Below are positions 1 to 18,253 of a stretch of 64,000 nt of DNA, piece after piece. Both the position numbers and the translations under genes were made by a program. A model generated the notes under the pieces. That model saw only the letters and a list, made by a program, of their open reading frames with translations. It was not told the origin of the DNA and ran no database searches. Source of the DNA: the human T2T-CHM13v2.0 reference genome, Homo sapiens; NCBI RefSeq assembly GCF_009914755.1, contig NC_060942.1. The stretch is one strand, 5' to 3'. Each line of letters begins with the position of its first letter. Within the stretch, counting starts at the first letter, position 1.

Positions 1-670
1 GCTGCCCTATCCCTTTCTTGTGCCCTACTCCAAACCCAGTCCAGAACTGTCCCTGAGAAGTCTGCTTATTCCAGAGCTCCCTGTATAACCGGCCTCTGCA
101 CATTAGGAGGTCAAGAGTCACTTCCTCCTCCACTGAACCAACAGGAACCACTGGGTAGAACCTCCAAGTCAGACCAGCCAAGTACCTCCCCTGTGGACAA
201 CCTCAACCTGCATTCACATAGGGAAAGCCCTCTGCCTTATCTGAAACTCTATGTGGCTCCTCTAAATCTGACACTTGGAGCAGGTTGTTACACTTGTGTG
301 CCTCACCACCATGCCTGCACACTTCACGCTTCACGACCCCACTCATACACACACCCCCAACAATTCCAGCAGATTCTTCTGCTGTTGGCCAGGACACCCC
401 CTCCCACAGACTGCTCAGCCACAGCCCTGCTGCACATGCTTATCTTGCCCTGCTAATTAGCAACTCTAAGAGCAATGGTTCCTACCATGAAAATCTCTTT
501 GCCATGATTTTTATTTGGTATTGGCTCACTTTTTTGTCCCTAGGAAACACCTAAGGGATCTGGAAGTGGAGAGGCAGCTGATAGATCAGCCACTGCACAT
601 CTTCAGAAGGGTACCCTAGGCTAAAAATCAACACCACTGCCTAATGTGACGGCCTTTAAGAGTAGCCCAG

Positions 671-1017
<347 letters not shown>

Positions 1018-2237
1018 TTATGCAGCCCTTTTTCGCCCTGGTTCCTTCAGTGAAGCACAGTTTTGAGGGCTTTAAGGGGAGCTTCAAGGGGAAGGAGAAG
1101 CACGCACAGGCCTGCAAGCAGAAGATCCAGGCCAGCCATCCTGGAAAGTGCAGTCGTGAAAGTGAGATGTCTTTGTGGGTTCCATTCCAGCACAATTAGG
1201 GTGTGGGACAGCCCATCCACCGGGCATTGCCAGGGCATGCAGCTTCACGGCCCAGCCATGCTCATAAATAGCTCTGGATCGGGGCCAGGTAGTAAGGCAG
1301 ATGAGCCAGAAACTCGCTTCCACTTGTTTTTGAGATAGTGACTTATAAAAACCTTGTCTCCCCCAGCCTTGCCCTCTGCTGTGCATAGACCAGAGAAAAA
1401 CACCACAAAAAATCCAACGAGTGGTCATTAGGCAGCCCACATAAAGACTGACATCGACTGCCCAGAAACTCACGTCTGTGCTGCCCCTCTGCCTTCTCTC
1501 TCATGGTAAAGAAGGATGCTGGCTCCAAAGCTAATGGAAGACAGGATTTCAGAGCAGTGCTTCTCAAACTCAAGGTTACGGCTGCATTGCCAAAGGTTAA
1601 AACAGAGCTTTTCAGAACAGCTTCCTCATGAGGAAGGAACACAGATAGCTGGGGTTGGGAGAAACCAGTCCAGTCGCTTCCTAGATTAGTATTCTCGCTA
1701 TGCCATCCAACCAAATGACTCTCCCAGTCTCTGGCTGGATACCTCCAGTGGCTAGTCACCTCACCATTTACATATTATTTTATTTATTCATGCAACAACG
1801 AGCACTTACTGAATTACTTCTACATGCCAGTATCGTTCTAAGAACAAAGCATAAGGTTAAGATTCTAGTTTCCTGAAACTCTTGGTCAAATAATTTGCTA
1901 AAATCTGAATATACTAAACCACATCTACATCTTCTTTTAATCTACCAATCTCATAACCCTGTCATAAACAAAAATGAGGGTAGGCTGGCTTTACTTGTTC
2001 TTATGAGACAATGCTAGCTCCCTGAGATCACCACTCTTTCTAAGAATGGATGAGCCAGGTCCTCACTAACTGAGTCCCCTGCTGCCCGGCCACTGCTTCT
2101 CCTCATCCCTGTTGCCTGACCATTCTCTGTGCCCCCGACTCTGCCCCACACCCATCCTACTATTACTTCTTCCCTTCTCCCTGGCCTCAACCTCAAACAG
2201 AAAGACAACTGACCACTTGTTCAAGAACCGATTTGTG

Positions 2238-2649
<412 letters not shown>

Positions 2650-3016
2650 TCAAGCTTTAGCTTACTTTCAGACCACAGAAGGAAGAGATGGGAGGAGAGG
2701 GGCATGATCAGGGTAAGAAAAGCAGAAAAGGGAGCATCAGTTTGTTTTTTTTGGGCTTGGTCTCTGCTACCACATCTTTAGCTATAACCCACCTCAGAAG
2801 TCTGCTTTCCAAAAGAGTAACTTTTAAAATCTTTACCTTTCTTCCTAAAAGACTGAGTAAAAAAAAAAGACTAAAAAATGCCAACAAAGCATTCTTTTAA
2901 AATTACTCATAGTACCCTTAACAATGCCAGGGTCCTACCTTAGTTTGGGGGCAAAGGGAGGCGGACAGGGAGACTTCAAAGTTAATTAAACCAAAGAATT
3001 GTCAAAAATATTTACA

Positions 3017-3353
<337 letters not shown>

Positions 3354-4113
3354 GTATCTGGAGTTTGAGCAATTACATAAGATTTCATTGACAGAAAACA
3401 CACCTACCTTGACCAAATTATCCAGGTTTCAAAAAAAATGCTACTATAATTACTGTAGGGACACAATAATTGGTTTGATGCAAGTTCTACTACGAACAAA
3501 CTACATTTTGATGACTGCGTTCGTTTTCCCCAGAACCTATTTTTCATGGGATAAGTTCATTTTATTTTCTTTTTTTTAAGTGAGGGTATTTTTAATAGAG
3601 TCCAAATAAGGACAGAAGTCATACAGACTTGAGCGTGCAGGCCGGCTACTCGCAGTATGCAAATCACACTTGTCACAGAGGTTGGGGGGCTCTGTCTGTA
3701 CCAGCAATCCACTTTCTTTTTCCTCTTTTTTAGCATCTCTGTTCTACTTGAAGTGAAACCAGGCCACCCAGATTATATACTTTGCTCTAAATTAGTGAAT
3801 GCTGACACAGCTCTGCAAAAAGCCCTAATGGGCAGATTCTTCATCCCGCAACCACCCCTTCACCTACAAGGATTCTAAAACCAAAGTAAAGGGCCGGGGC
3901 AACTAGCCAGGTGAAGCAACTAGCTGGATGCATCATCTGCTGCAAAAGGGCAGCAGACCTGGGGTCAAGGCTTGGATCGTGTTGTGATTTCTGTCACTAA
4001 GTAACTATGTGACTTTGAGCAACACACTGAATTTACTGAAAACTGGGTTTTCCTCTCATCAGGTGGCATCACAACATCTCCCTCACATACTTTACAAAAC
4101 TTTATAAAATGGT

Positions 4114-4430
4114 GGCTGGGTGTGCTGGCTCACACCTGTAATCCCAGCACTTTGGGAGGCTAAAGCCAGAAGATTGTTTGAGCTTAGGCGTTTGAGACCA
4201 GCTTTGGCAACACAGTGAGACCCCTTCTCTACAAAAAATTTTAAAAATTAGCCAGGCATGGTAGTGTGCACTTGTGGTCTTAGCTACTTGGGAGGCTGAG
4301 ACAGGAGGATCACTTGAGCCAAGGAGCTCAGGGCTGCAGTGAGCTATGATTGTGCCACTGCGCTCCAGCCTGGGCAACAAAGAGAGACGCTGTCTCTAAA
4401 AAAAAATAATAAAATAAAAATAAATAAAAC
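4114..4430 (+). mobile_element. Alu (J-like)
   Basis: Alu dimer. Confidence 0.85.
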
Positions 4431-4751
4431 AGTTATTCACAAAAGGACTTTTCAAAGTTAAAAACTTCAAAAGAAACACCAGTATTCTTGTTTGAAATTT
4501 CACAGACATCAGTGTCCTATTGGCTAAGCATATTATCACGATATATTATTAAGAGTATTAGGCCAGTTGATAACAATAAAATCTGTGGCTGGTTCCTATG
4601 GTATGAGAATGGCATGGTCTATCAGTCCCTACGCGGCACATCAGGACTGTCGCTGTCCCAGCAGCTCATCTGTACTGCAACGCTCGTCCCATATCTCACC
4701 AATGTGGTGCTCTATCACACACCATCAAGGTCTCTTATGGGGTCTTCTAAA

Positions 4752-4977
4752 CAGGGGTCAGCAAATTATGGCCTATGAGCCAGATCTGGCCCTCTGCCTG
4801 TTTTTTATAAGTAAAGTTTTATTGGAACACAGTGACAATTGTTCATTTACACATTGTCTAGTAAGGCTGCTTTCCTGCTATCATAGCCGACTTAAGTAGC
4901 TGTATTAGGCACCATTCAGCCTTTAAAACCTAACATATATACTGTCTGCCCTTTGGTGAAAGTTCTGTCAACCCCTG
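4752..4977 (+). mobile_element. MER58A-like hAT-Charlie DNA transposon
   Basis: TIRs caggggtcagcaaa ... tgtcaacccctg; internal gtaaagttttattggaacacag. Confidence 0.8.
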
Positions 4978-5901
4978 ATCTAAATCATCAACCAGGATTC
5001 CCAAAAGCACACTCTTACTATAAGAGGGTTGGCCACAGTGAATACTCTTCTGGGCTCTTAACATTTTAGGCATCCACTGGGGGTCTTAGCTCACATCCCT
5101 TGCGGATAAGAGGGGACAACTGTACACAGCAATAGAAAGAACTTTCCCTTGCCTTTTTCAGCATGTGATTTTTGGGTAGATACGTATGTGATGCTCTCTA
5201 AGCATTCCTGTGTGACAATAATGTGGAAGTCGGCTTCAAGCAGCTGAGGTGTAAAGTTGCACTCATCATGACAGACGCTATTTTGATGCAAATCCTAACT
5301 ACATCCTTCTTCCACAAAATGTTCCATTAACTATGTAAATAAAAAGCATTCATTTTCCCAACAATTCTTTAAGATATAAAAATATAAATATTGGGAGAGT
5401 CAAATTATTGCTTTATTCCAACCCTCCCATTTTACAGATGAGGAAACTGAGAGCAAGTTAAATGACTTGTCTAAAAGCTAAAAATTAGCAGCTGATTCAA
5501 GCTCTTCCCTCAAACATATACTAATTTCATGTATTATTCAGTCATAAGGACAAACTTCTTGTTAAAGAAAAATCTCTATAAAATAAAATATCTGGTTAAC
5601 CTTACTCACATTCACACAGTATTAGACTAATAACACTATGAAGATATCACTAATATTTTGTGTATTAAGTTAAACAAGCAAAAATCCCATTACCATTTTG
5701 CATCTGTCGTTAACTATAGTCTTCATGCAATGAAAAATGTTAACTGCAAAACTCAGGGTTGAGCCAATTCTCTTTCACCAATGTCAAACCTAAAAATCTC
5801 TAATTTAATACAACAACACATGTAAAGAAGCTATAAAACTAAAGCGGAATGTATATTGCTGAGCGGAGAGGAATAAATACAAAAATGAATACAACTTTTA
5901 C

Positions 5902-6093
5902 CTCCATCTGCAAAGCTTCTGCCAATCCCCTTATGGCAAACTTGGATGCAGAGTAGGCTGTGAAACCGAATAATCCCAACTGTCCTGCCTGGGAGGACAC
6001 AAACACGATCCTGCCCACCCGGCGCTCCTTCATGGTGGTGATCACGGCCCGGCTGGGGTACACGCTGCCCAGGTAATTGATGCTCATTAACCT
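5902..6093 (-). CDS. KDSR: KDSR exon 6 (192 bp), SDR catalytic Ser and YxxxK
   Basis: ctgcag|AGG...GAG|gtaaaa; [64 protein letters not shown]. Confidence 0.97.
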
Positions 6094-6799
6094 CTGCAGG
6101 GAACAAAGAGGCCACATGAGGTCAAAAGCCTCAAGGCTGTGCACATGGAGAATTTAGTCTGCTTTCTGGATTTCAGTTCTTCAATGCAAGCTCAAGTGAC
6201 TGGGAAGCCCAACAGGCTTGCTGAATGAATGAATGATGACATGATGATATAAATGAAATGTGATTTGAGACCTAGCATTTGAAGACTCAGGACCTACCAT
6301 TTGAAGACTGTTCAGTCTAGTCTTGCATTCTGACCATGACAGCAGTTAATGTTTTTCCTGAAAACTGGTCAAAGTTAGTTTTCTCCTTATAAAAAGTATA
6401 CTGCATGTTTGTGGGTAGTACTTTCTGAAAGACAGTTTTAGGAAAGAGGTTCCAAGTATTTGTAGCCCTATTAGTTCTAAGCTATAAGAAAAACACAGAG
6501 TAGGAGGGTGATTTAAAGTTTTGGTTTCAAGCCTTGGGTCTCCCATTTATTGCCTATTTGATGATGAATAAGAAAGTCAGACATTCTACTTATTTTCTTG
6601 GCTGTAAACAAGGTCAACAAGGGTATGACCGCATAGGGCTGTTGCAAAGATTAAAAGAGAAAACACAAGCGCTAGCACAGTCCTGGACCTCAAGAACCAC
6701 TGGCTCTCCCATTATGATGGGTAAGAGTACTAATAGTGTATTTTCTCCTTGTCTTGGAAGCTTTTAATTTTTATTTATTTATTTTTTGCTTTTTTACTA

Positions 6800-7097
6800 T
6801 TATCATTTTTTTTAGAGACGGGGTCTCACTCTGTCACCCAGGCTGAAGTGCAATGGTGCAACCTTGGCTTACTGCAGTCTCAATCTCCTGGGCTCAAGCA
6901 ATCCTCCTAACTCAGCCTCTTGAGGACCTGGGACTACAGGCACATGCCACCACGTCCAGCTAATTTTTGTATTTTTTGTAGTAACAGGGTCCTTTTATTT
7001 TGCCTAGGCTGGTCTTGAACTCCTGGGCTCCAGCAGTACTCCTGCCTTGACCTCCCAAAGTGATGGGATTACAGGCATGAGCCACTGCGCCTAGCCT
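6800..7097 (-). mobile_element. Alu (J-like)
   Basis: Reverse Alu dimer. Confidence 0.85.
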
Positions 7098-7313
7098 GAG
7101 CTCTTAAAAACCTTAAATTTTAACTCGAAAATTTAATAATACTTGCATTAAAATGTTTCAAATATTCAAATATTTGTAAAAATATTAGATCATCATGTAA
7201 ATAAAAACTAAATACCTCAATTGTGGAACTTGAGATCAATCATAATTTTTTTTCATATTATGAACAGAACATGAACATACAATCATAATATCTTAATTCA
7301 AGAGAATATTAGA

Positions 7314-7632
<319 letters not shown>

Positions 7633-7755
7633 TAATTGTTTTAAATGATGACCAGAAACACTGGGAGTGACAGGGAAAAATATCTATGCTATTTAAGTTT
7701 AAAAAGCAGAAGCTAGACTGTATATATGCTGTAACTGTAATTACTTCAAAGGTTA

Positions 7756-8254
<499 letters not shown>

Positions 8255-8589
8255 TTACTTTGGCTCCCTTTAGAAACCTTACTAAAATCTCCGTAAAGAG
8301 ATGTTTTTTAAGGCAAGAACACACAAGAACAAAGAAAATAAGAATAAAAATAACAGCAATAACCTTTTGGAAGCTGAAGAACAGGTTGAGGAGGGATAAC
8401 TAACTTAGCAGACCACAAAAAACTAAATGCTAAGCGGGGAGTGGAGAAACTAAAAAGCCAGATTCTACTACAGAACCCCAAAAGGCTCCAGCTGCAAGAG
8501 TCTCTGGGGTGGAGGGAAGGGTGGGCTGGCATGGGGCTGAGACAGGAGTAGGGACTAAGAGTCTATTTAATAAGCAGTCAGCTAGACAC

Positions 8590-9012
8590 AGCCCAAATGG
8601 CCATCGATGATGAATAGCTAAACAGAATGTGGTCGATCCATACAAAGGAATATCACCACCCTATAAAAAGGAATGAGGCACCCATATATGCTACATGTGG
8701 ATGAGCCTCAAAAACTGATGCTAAGAGAAAGAGGTCAGACACAGAAGTGCACATATCATGATTCCAATCATACGAAATGACCAGAGACAGAATACAGATT
8801 GGTGGTTGTCAGAGATTGGGTGTGGGGGTGAGCAGGGATGGGGAGCAACTGCTTACCAGGTGAGGGCCGCCCTATGGGTGATGCATATGCTTTAGAACTA
8901 GGCGGAGGGGGTGGGTGCACCTCATTGTGAATATGCTGAATCCCTCTGCATGGCTCACTTTAAAAACAGTTAATTTTATGTTATATGAATTTCACTTCAA
9001 ATTAAAAAAATA
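8590..9012 (+). mobile_element. Old L1M (MB-like) 3' end
   Basis: cacacagcccaaatggccatc...tatgttatatgaatttcacttcaaattaaaaaaa. Confidence 0.7.
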
Positions 9013-9239
9013 ATGTAGGACAATGAAAAAAAAAGGCAGTTAGATCTTAGATGTTTTTCCCCTCTCCACAGGGTAGATCTGTACCCCTCTTCCAGCCTGG
9101 CAGGAGACTGGAGGTTCTGTTTCTAGGGATAGTAAGTCTAGATAAAGAGAGAGGTTTAAGGGAAAGTCTGTCTAGACGGCGCACACGAAGACACCAACAT
9201 ACTCCCCAGCTTCATCCTCACAGGAGGCTGGAGGACACT

Positions 9240-9714
<475 letters not shown>

Positions 9715-10215
9715 TCATTTCTTTGGTGCTGAAATAAATTACCAAGAGAAGTTCCTTGGTAAACCTGATTAAAAATAGAAACATCAATAAGATGCAGTAT
9801 CTTTTTATCTTGATTTGAGAACTCTAGTGAGTCTGTCCTTCAACTTTTTTGGTTTCTCCTTGTTAATAATACTGATGTTTGATAGGAACATCCAGCATCT
9901 CTTAGGTTACAAAGTGTTCTCTTGAAAATATGACCTCAGTGAACTGCTACAGTAATCTGTGTCAGATTAGAAGGTCCATTCCCATTTTAGCTGGTTTTCT
10001 CAGCTGTAAAATGTCTAAACTCTTAAGCTTCAATGGTCCTGACACTGGGATGAAAACCTTGTTCAGCTTCACCTTGTTCAGCCTTCCTCTAGAGTCTTCT
10101 AAAGCTTCCATGGACATCTGAATGCATTCATCTAATTGATTCTTAAAGCTTTTACCCGTAGCTTGCTCTGCTTTTAGCATATGTGCTACTGCAGTGAGCA
10201 AACATTTTTACTTAC

Positions 10216-10311
10216 TTCAAAGGTACTAACTTCAAGATCTTCAAATTTTCCTGACACTGCCATTCCTGCACAATTTACCAGCATGTCCACTGGACCCAGT
10301 TTCTCCTGTGC
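10216..10311 (-). CDS. KDSR: KDSR exon 5 (96 bp)
   Basis: ttctag|GCA...GAA|gtaagt; [32 protein letters not shown] with SDR NxAG motif. Confidence 0.96.
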
Positions 10312-10509
10312 CTAGAAAAATGTAGCAGAGCAGGCATTAAGAAACAGAGAAGAAAAACCACTCAGCAGCAAATCCATGCTGATAAATAAAATTTACAAAA
10401 CTATTAAACCTACAGAGAAGTTGTGTCCATTCCAAGCCACATAGCAAAATGGCAAGAACAAATCAAAAGTCAAGCACATTGGTGAATTCCAATTAGCCCA
10501 ACCTCTTAC

Positions 10510-10575
10510 TTGTTTTATGACATTCTCTACTTGGTTATAGTCTTGAGATACATCAACTGATATGCAAAGTACCAC
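10510..10575 (-). CDS. KDSR: KDSR exon 4 (66 bp)
   Basis: aacag|GTG...CAA|gtaaga; [22 protein letters not shown]. Confidence 0.96.
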
Positions 10576-11093
10576 CTGTTAAAAAAGAAAAAAAGTGATC
10601 AAAGTTTTGCAGGTACCAAACTATTTCTTAAAGATATTTTTTAAAGAAAAGACAGTTCATTGAATACAGAAGGAAGCCAATATTGAATGAACAGATTTCA
10701 GTGTTTGCTGATGATGCAATTAGCAGAATCTAATTTTCTTGGCAGCTTTTGGAGTTAAAACTCTGAGGAATCTTTTTAAAAATATATAAATGCTCCTCTT
10801 GAAATGCCACTAATCTATAGTGACAGAAGGCAGATCAGGGGTTGCCCACAGCCAGGCATGGAGGATGGAAGGAACTGTGAAAGGGCACAGGCCAACCCTA
10901 GGGAGTGATGGAAATATTCCATATAAGGGCCTCAGTGCTGATTCCTTTCAAGAAGGAATCCTGTCCAAATGATCAAAATTCCTAAGAAAAGGAAACAGCC
11001 CTCTTTGCAAATATAACCTGCAGCATTCTAGTCTAGAGGGGTTGCCCTTGGTTGTAATGTATACCTAGAGTGGATTTTATCCCAACATCCTCA

Positions 11094-11423
<330 letters not shown>

Positions 11424-12540
11424 GGCAGTAGTAATCATATGATTAATTTTAAAACAAGCCTTTTCATGCAGTATTAGATCAGTTACTAATAATAAAATCT
11501 ATGCCACAGACAAGTGAAATCTCAGAACAAAAAAATGTTAACAAGTCACACACACACACAAAAGGTCCCTAGAAGCCTGGCAGGGCAGAAGGATCAAGCT
11601 CATTCTCGCCTGCCCCAGCCCTATCTCCCTTCCTTGATGTGAAAGGTAAGTTTTCCACCTGACCTAAAGTCCTTTGGTAGATGAAGAGGTAGAAGGTGTC
11701 ATGATGAGGAAGCCCAGAGCGGAGACAGTGTTGGCAGCAGGCAAGACTGGCCTTGGCCCTGAACACTGACTCCATGACTTCACACCATACTCCTTCGTCT
11801 ATCAGATATTACAGGAATACGGGAAAAAACGGGGCAATTTACAGAGCTGGTGTTTTTCCAATGCTTGTGGGCTTCAGAGAAGGGGGTAAAGACCACAGTC
11901 CTAGAGAAAAACTCACATGTGCAGAAGATATACACAAGGATTTTTACTTGCAGCACAGACTGCAATTGCAAAAATAAAAATACAAAATAAAATAAAAAGA
12001 ATGGAAACAGCTCAATAGCAGGGACCTGACGGAATAAGCTCTGGTGTACTTCAATCCTAGGCTGCAGCAATTTAAGGCAAATTTACTTAATGCACATGGA
12101 AAGATCTCTAACATTCTAGAAGGGAAAAAGTCAATGAATACCACAGTGAAATACTATTCAAAACTCATCAGAAAGGCAAAAAGTAAAAAGTCTGTCAATA
12201 CCAAGTATTGGCAGGGATGTGGCGCAACAGAAACCGCATTCCTACTTATGGGAGCTTAACCACTTTGGTGAGGTTGAAGAACTGCATACACTACAGCTCT
12301 GCAATTCCATTTCTGGGTATGTACCATTCTTGCACACGTGCACAAAGAGAATACTGAAAGCTTTTCTAATAGTAAAAAACAAAACAAACTAACAAAAATA
12401 CTGGGAACAAACTAAATATCCACCAATTGCTGAACTGATGAACAAAATGTAGTCTATACATACAATAGAATACTACGCAGCAGTAAAAAAAAAAAAATTT
12501 ACTCCAACTTTTTGCAGCAACATAAATGAATTTTTAAAAT

Positions 12541-12571
12541 TATATATATATATACACATATATATACATAC

Positions 12572-12605
<34 letters not shown>
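12541..12605. repeat. (TA)n/(TACA)n microsatellite
   Basis: Seen directly. Confidence 0.85.
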
Positions 12606-12619
<14 letters not shown>

Positions 12620-12892
12620 GAGATGGAGTCTCCCTCTGTTACCCAGGCTGGAGTACAGCGGTGCAATCTCTGCTCACCTCAAGCTTTGCCTCCCAGATCC
12701 AAGTGATTCTCCTGCCTCAGCCTCCCTCCTGAGTAGCTGGGGTTACAGGTGCAGCTAACTTTTTATATTTTTAGTAGAGACAGGGTTTCACCACTTTGTC
12801 CAGGCTGATCTCAAACACCTACCTTCAACTGATTTGCCCGTCTCGGCCTCTCAAAATGTTGGGATTACAGGCATGAGCCACCGCACCTGGCC
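12605..12892 (-). mobile_element. Alu
   Basis: Reverse Alu dimer. Confidence 0.88.
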
Positions 12893-12910
12893 TAAAGAAT
12901 AATATTGAGT

Positions 12911-13212
12911 GGTCTGGGCATGGTGGCTCACACCTGTAATCCCAGCACTTTCAGAGGCTGAGGTGGGCGGATCACGAGGTTGGGAGTTCGAGACCAGCCT
13001 GATCAACATGGTGAAACCCTGTCTCTACTAAAAATACAAAAATTAGCTGGGCGTAGTGACGCGCGCCTGTAATCCCAACTACCCAGGAAGCTGAGGCTTG
13101 AACCCAGGAGGCAGAGGTTGCAGTGAGCTGAGATTGTGCCACTGCACTCCAGACTGGGCAACAGAGCGAGACTCCATCTCAAAAATAAATAAATAAATAA
13201 GAAATAAATAAT
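12911..13212 (+). mobile_element. Alu (S-like)
   Basis: TSD aataatattgagt. Confidence 0.88.
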
Positions 13213-13545
13213 AATAATATTGAGTGAAGAAATCAAGTTGCATAAGAAGCATAAAGAAGGAAGTTATACAAATCTATAGAGAAAGAAAGTAGATGAGTGA
13301 CTGCCTAGCTGAGAAGAGGCTGGGAGGAAATGGCAAGTGACTGCTAATACACATGGAGATTCTTCACGGGGTGAGGAAAACATTCTAAAATTGATTTTGA
13401 TGACAGTTGCACAACTCTATGAATACATTAAAAATCATTGAATTATATATTTTAAATGGGTCAACTGTATGGTATATAAATTATATCTCATAAAGCTGTT
13501 AAAAAATAAGAATGATATAATAAAAGAAGTAGAACTAAGTATATT

Positions 13546-13875
<330 letters not shown>

Positions 13876-13917
13876 TTAGAGTTATGTGCATATATGGTAA
13901 AATTAAAAAGAAAAAGA

Positions 13918-14250
13918 GGCAGGGCACAGTGGCTCACTCCTATAATACCAGCACTTTGGGAGGCAGAGGTAGGCGGACTGCTTGAGCCCAGGAGTTGAAG
14001 ACCAGCCTGGGCAACATGGCGAAACCCCATCTCTACCAAAAATACAAAAATTAGCCATGCATGATGGCACGTGTCTATAATCTCAGCTACTAGGGAGGCT
14101 GAGGTGGGAGGACTGCTTGAGCCCAGGAGGTCGAGGCTGCAGTGAGCTGAGATCGCACCCCTGCACTCCAGCCTGGATGACAGATTGAGACACTGCCTCA
14201 AAAAAAAAAAAAAAAAAAAAAAGGAAAGAAAAAAGAAAAGAAAAAGAAAG
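13918..14250 (+). mobile_element. Alu (J-like)
   Basis: Alu dimer with long A/GA tail. Confidence 0.88.
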
Positions 14251-14756
14251 GATTAACACCAAAAATCGGGTTGGCATTTGCCCCTCTAGGAACAAGAAAA
14301 GAGGGACAAGGCTGCTGTGGGGGCTTCAGAGACCCTGATCATTTCTACTTCTTAGGCTGGGTGATGGGTGTGTGATTATTAATTTGCTATTATGTTTTAT
14401 ACTGAAATATAAATAGCATTTTATTCATCAAAAATTCCATAACCAAATAAATTTTAAATATTCCTTTCCTCTTAAGCATTTGTATAAAGTTCATTAAAAA
14501 AAAAATTAAAATGAAATTATTTGCCAGTAAAACATTCTGTTATTTGACCATTTGTAGATATGAATGTGTGTGGGAGTCTATTCATTTTGCGTGTGTGTGA
14601 TATTCTGAGTTACTAGACCATTCAAACAATTCCACCTTTTAAAAAACAGTACATATATGCTTTCAATTAACTATTCACAGGTGAAGTAACTCTGTTTTTC
14701 CTTTATACAGCTGTGCTGAGTTATACAGAAAATGCATTCTGAAGACAGAGATTTAC

Positions 14757-14813
14757 CTGTTTGTCATTAATAGAGTGCATTTCAATTTCTTTCTTTGCCT
14801 GCAGCAGCTTATC
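14757..14813 (-). CDS. KDSR: KDSR exon 3 (57 bp)
   Basis: tttcag|GAT...CAG|gtaaat; [19 protein letters not shown]. Confidence 0.95.
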
Positions 14814-15419
14814 CTGAAAGCAATACAGAATAATTAGTCGTGATGACCGTCTATATGCATGTCCGTTTATTGCAAAGGAGAGAAAAAAAGCAATTATTTC
14901 TATATGTATGTATTAAATTCCAGAAAACACACAAAACAGTATCTACATTGCATAGACAGACTGGGCCACAGCCTATGAAAGAAAGAAGTTGTGAAGTATG
15001 TTAAGCTATGAATAAGTGATAAAAGTTTGAAAATTAATTAGAGAAAGATAGTAGAAAACAGATAAACCTCAAAATCCCAGTTAACAGTACTAATTGCTGA
15101 GGCTGACTCTACAGTTCTAATAAATGTCTTATTATTTAGTTGTGATATAAGACAAGAACAACTCTATTAATATGTACTGCTCCCCAAAGTTGAGGGTATG
15201 TGTGACTCCCTGTCAATACTGCTTTTTGTCCAATATTTTCTTCTTCTACTATAAACCCAAACATAGTAAGAATCACTTTCTGGATAGACTGGGTAAACTA
15301 GGCCTGGCTACTATAAAATACTCTTAAGCAAGGTTACCTGTGTAATTATGTAATTCTTCCAAGGTCCTAATTTTGTTTGTTTTACTTAGTCTCAAGAAAA
15401 CAGATATCAGATTATCTTA

Positions 15420-16286
<867 letters not shown>

Positions 16287-16578
16287 AATTACTCAACACC
16301 ACAGGTTCTTCATTCAGTTCATTCATTTCTAGCAATGCAAGGGCCCCATATGAGCTCCTGGGGGCCTGAAATGCTGGCCTTCTCTGCCTCCACTTTTATT
16401 TACTTGCATCAAAACTGGTGTTTAAAACTCACAAAATGCCATTTCATCAAATTTGTGTTTTCATTTATGTAAGGTGGCTTCAATGCCAAAGCAAATTCAT
16501 TGTTAGAAAAGTCAAGCTATAAATAAAAGGTAGCTAATTTTGTCTTTCTTGGTTTGCAAAAGAAGTTATAGACGTCCA

Positions 16579-16884
<306 letters not shown>

Positions 16885-17822
16885 TTATAGAGGTCCAAGA
16901 CTAAGTCTGCGACATTATTTAAATTTTCCCCCAAGGCCCTTCCTGGCCTACCATTCCTAATGGGTCCTGTCCAGCCCTCCACCCATTTGAGGAGTTACCA
17001 TACTATCACCCTCCTTGCACATGGGTGAATCCAAGATCCCCATGGAAGTATGCCATGCTGACATTCCCAGGCACTCCATCATTCCTCCCTTCATTTCTTC
17101 ATTCAACAAACATGTCTGAGCATGTACTACGTGTCAAGCACTAGAATTGCTGCAGCGGACGAGCCAGCTGTGTGGTCACTTTCCTCCAGTCCCCATATGG
17201 GGAGCAAGAGGACGTCATGACAGTTCACGTGCACAGTGTCACTGCTTTGTGCTCTAAAAACAACTTTGGCAAGACAAAAACAAACCCTGACAAAAAATAA
17301 AAACAGATTCTGTGTTGACTTAATACAGAAAAACACATTTTGCTAAACTTCTAAGGAGGGACGAGGTTCCTCTATGGTGTATAGATTTCACTAGAGATAT
17401 ATATCATGTCCTAAGCAAATCGTAGTGAAAAATTATAGAGAAACACCTACACACCTTCAGGTATCAGCTCCAGAATCACTGCTTCCAGCACTTCTGACCT
17501 GGCCAAGGGCCCTCCCTGGCTTCCAATGGCCAGGTGTGCTCCTTCAACTAGACCTTGGCCTCTCCCATCTCAGGATCTGCAGTATCTATGATGATGTTGC
17601 CTAATATGCCAATGGTACTAAATAAATACTTGTGGGGCCGACCTGATTTCAACAGAGAAGTGTTTGGCCTAAATACTAGAGAGAATCAGTAGTTCAGGAA
17701 ACACATCTCACATCAAGGAAGAAGCGCTTTCTAGGTGTGAATGCTAAGATGTTTAGCACAGCCTCTTTGACTAATTTCAAGTCGAAGAAGCAAGTCAGTA
17801 ATAATGAACCTAGAAGCCTTAC

Positions 17823-17912
17823 CTCATTTCGTGCAACCAGAGTTATAAAAGCTCCTTGTTTATAGCACTCGATAGCAATGCACTTCCCGATGCCACTGGA
17901 ACCTCCTGTAAC
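17823..17912 (-). CDS. KDSR: KDSR exon 2 (90 bp), Rossmann TGxxxGxG NADPH-binding motif
   Basis: ttttag|GTT...GAG|gtaagg; [30 protein letters not shown]. Confidence 0.97.
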
Positions 17913-18253
17913 CTAAAACAAAATCATAAAATATTCTTAGCACTTGAAATCTCCCCTCTGTAGGAAGTTTTTATAAAAAACAACTATGACAGGCTCTTAA
18001 AATGAATCTACAAGAACTAAATGATTAGCTGTTGTTAACTTCTTCATCCCAAACTTAATGACTGGAGTAAGTGTAAGCATGAAAGATACTATCAGCAAGG
18101 CCTGCTGCTTTGACTGTTTTCTTATGGAACCATAAATTGCACACCTATAATATTTTTCTGAGTTCACTGGTGGAAAAGTGCCCTATAAGTCTAGCTCATA
18201 AATAATACATTAGTCTGCCTCTGATTCCAAATCCAAATGAATCTTATTTTCTT

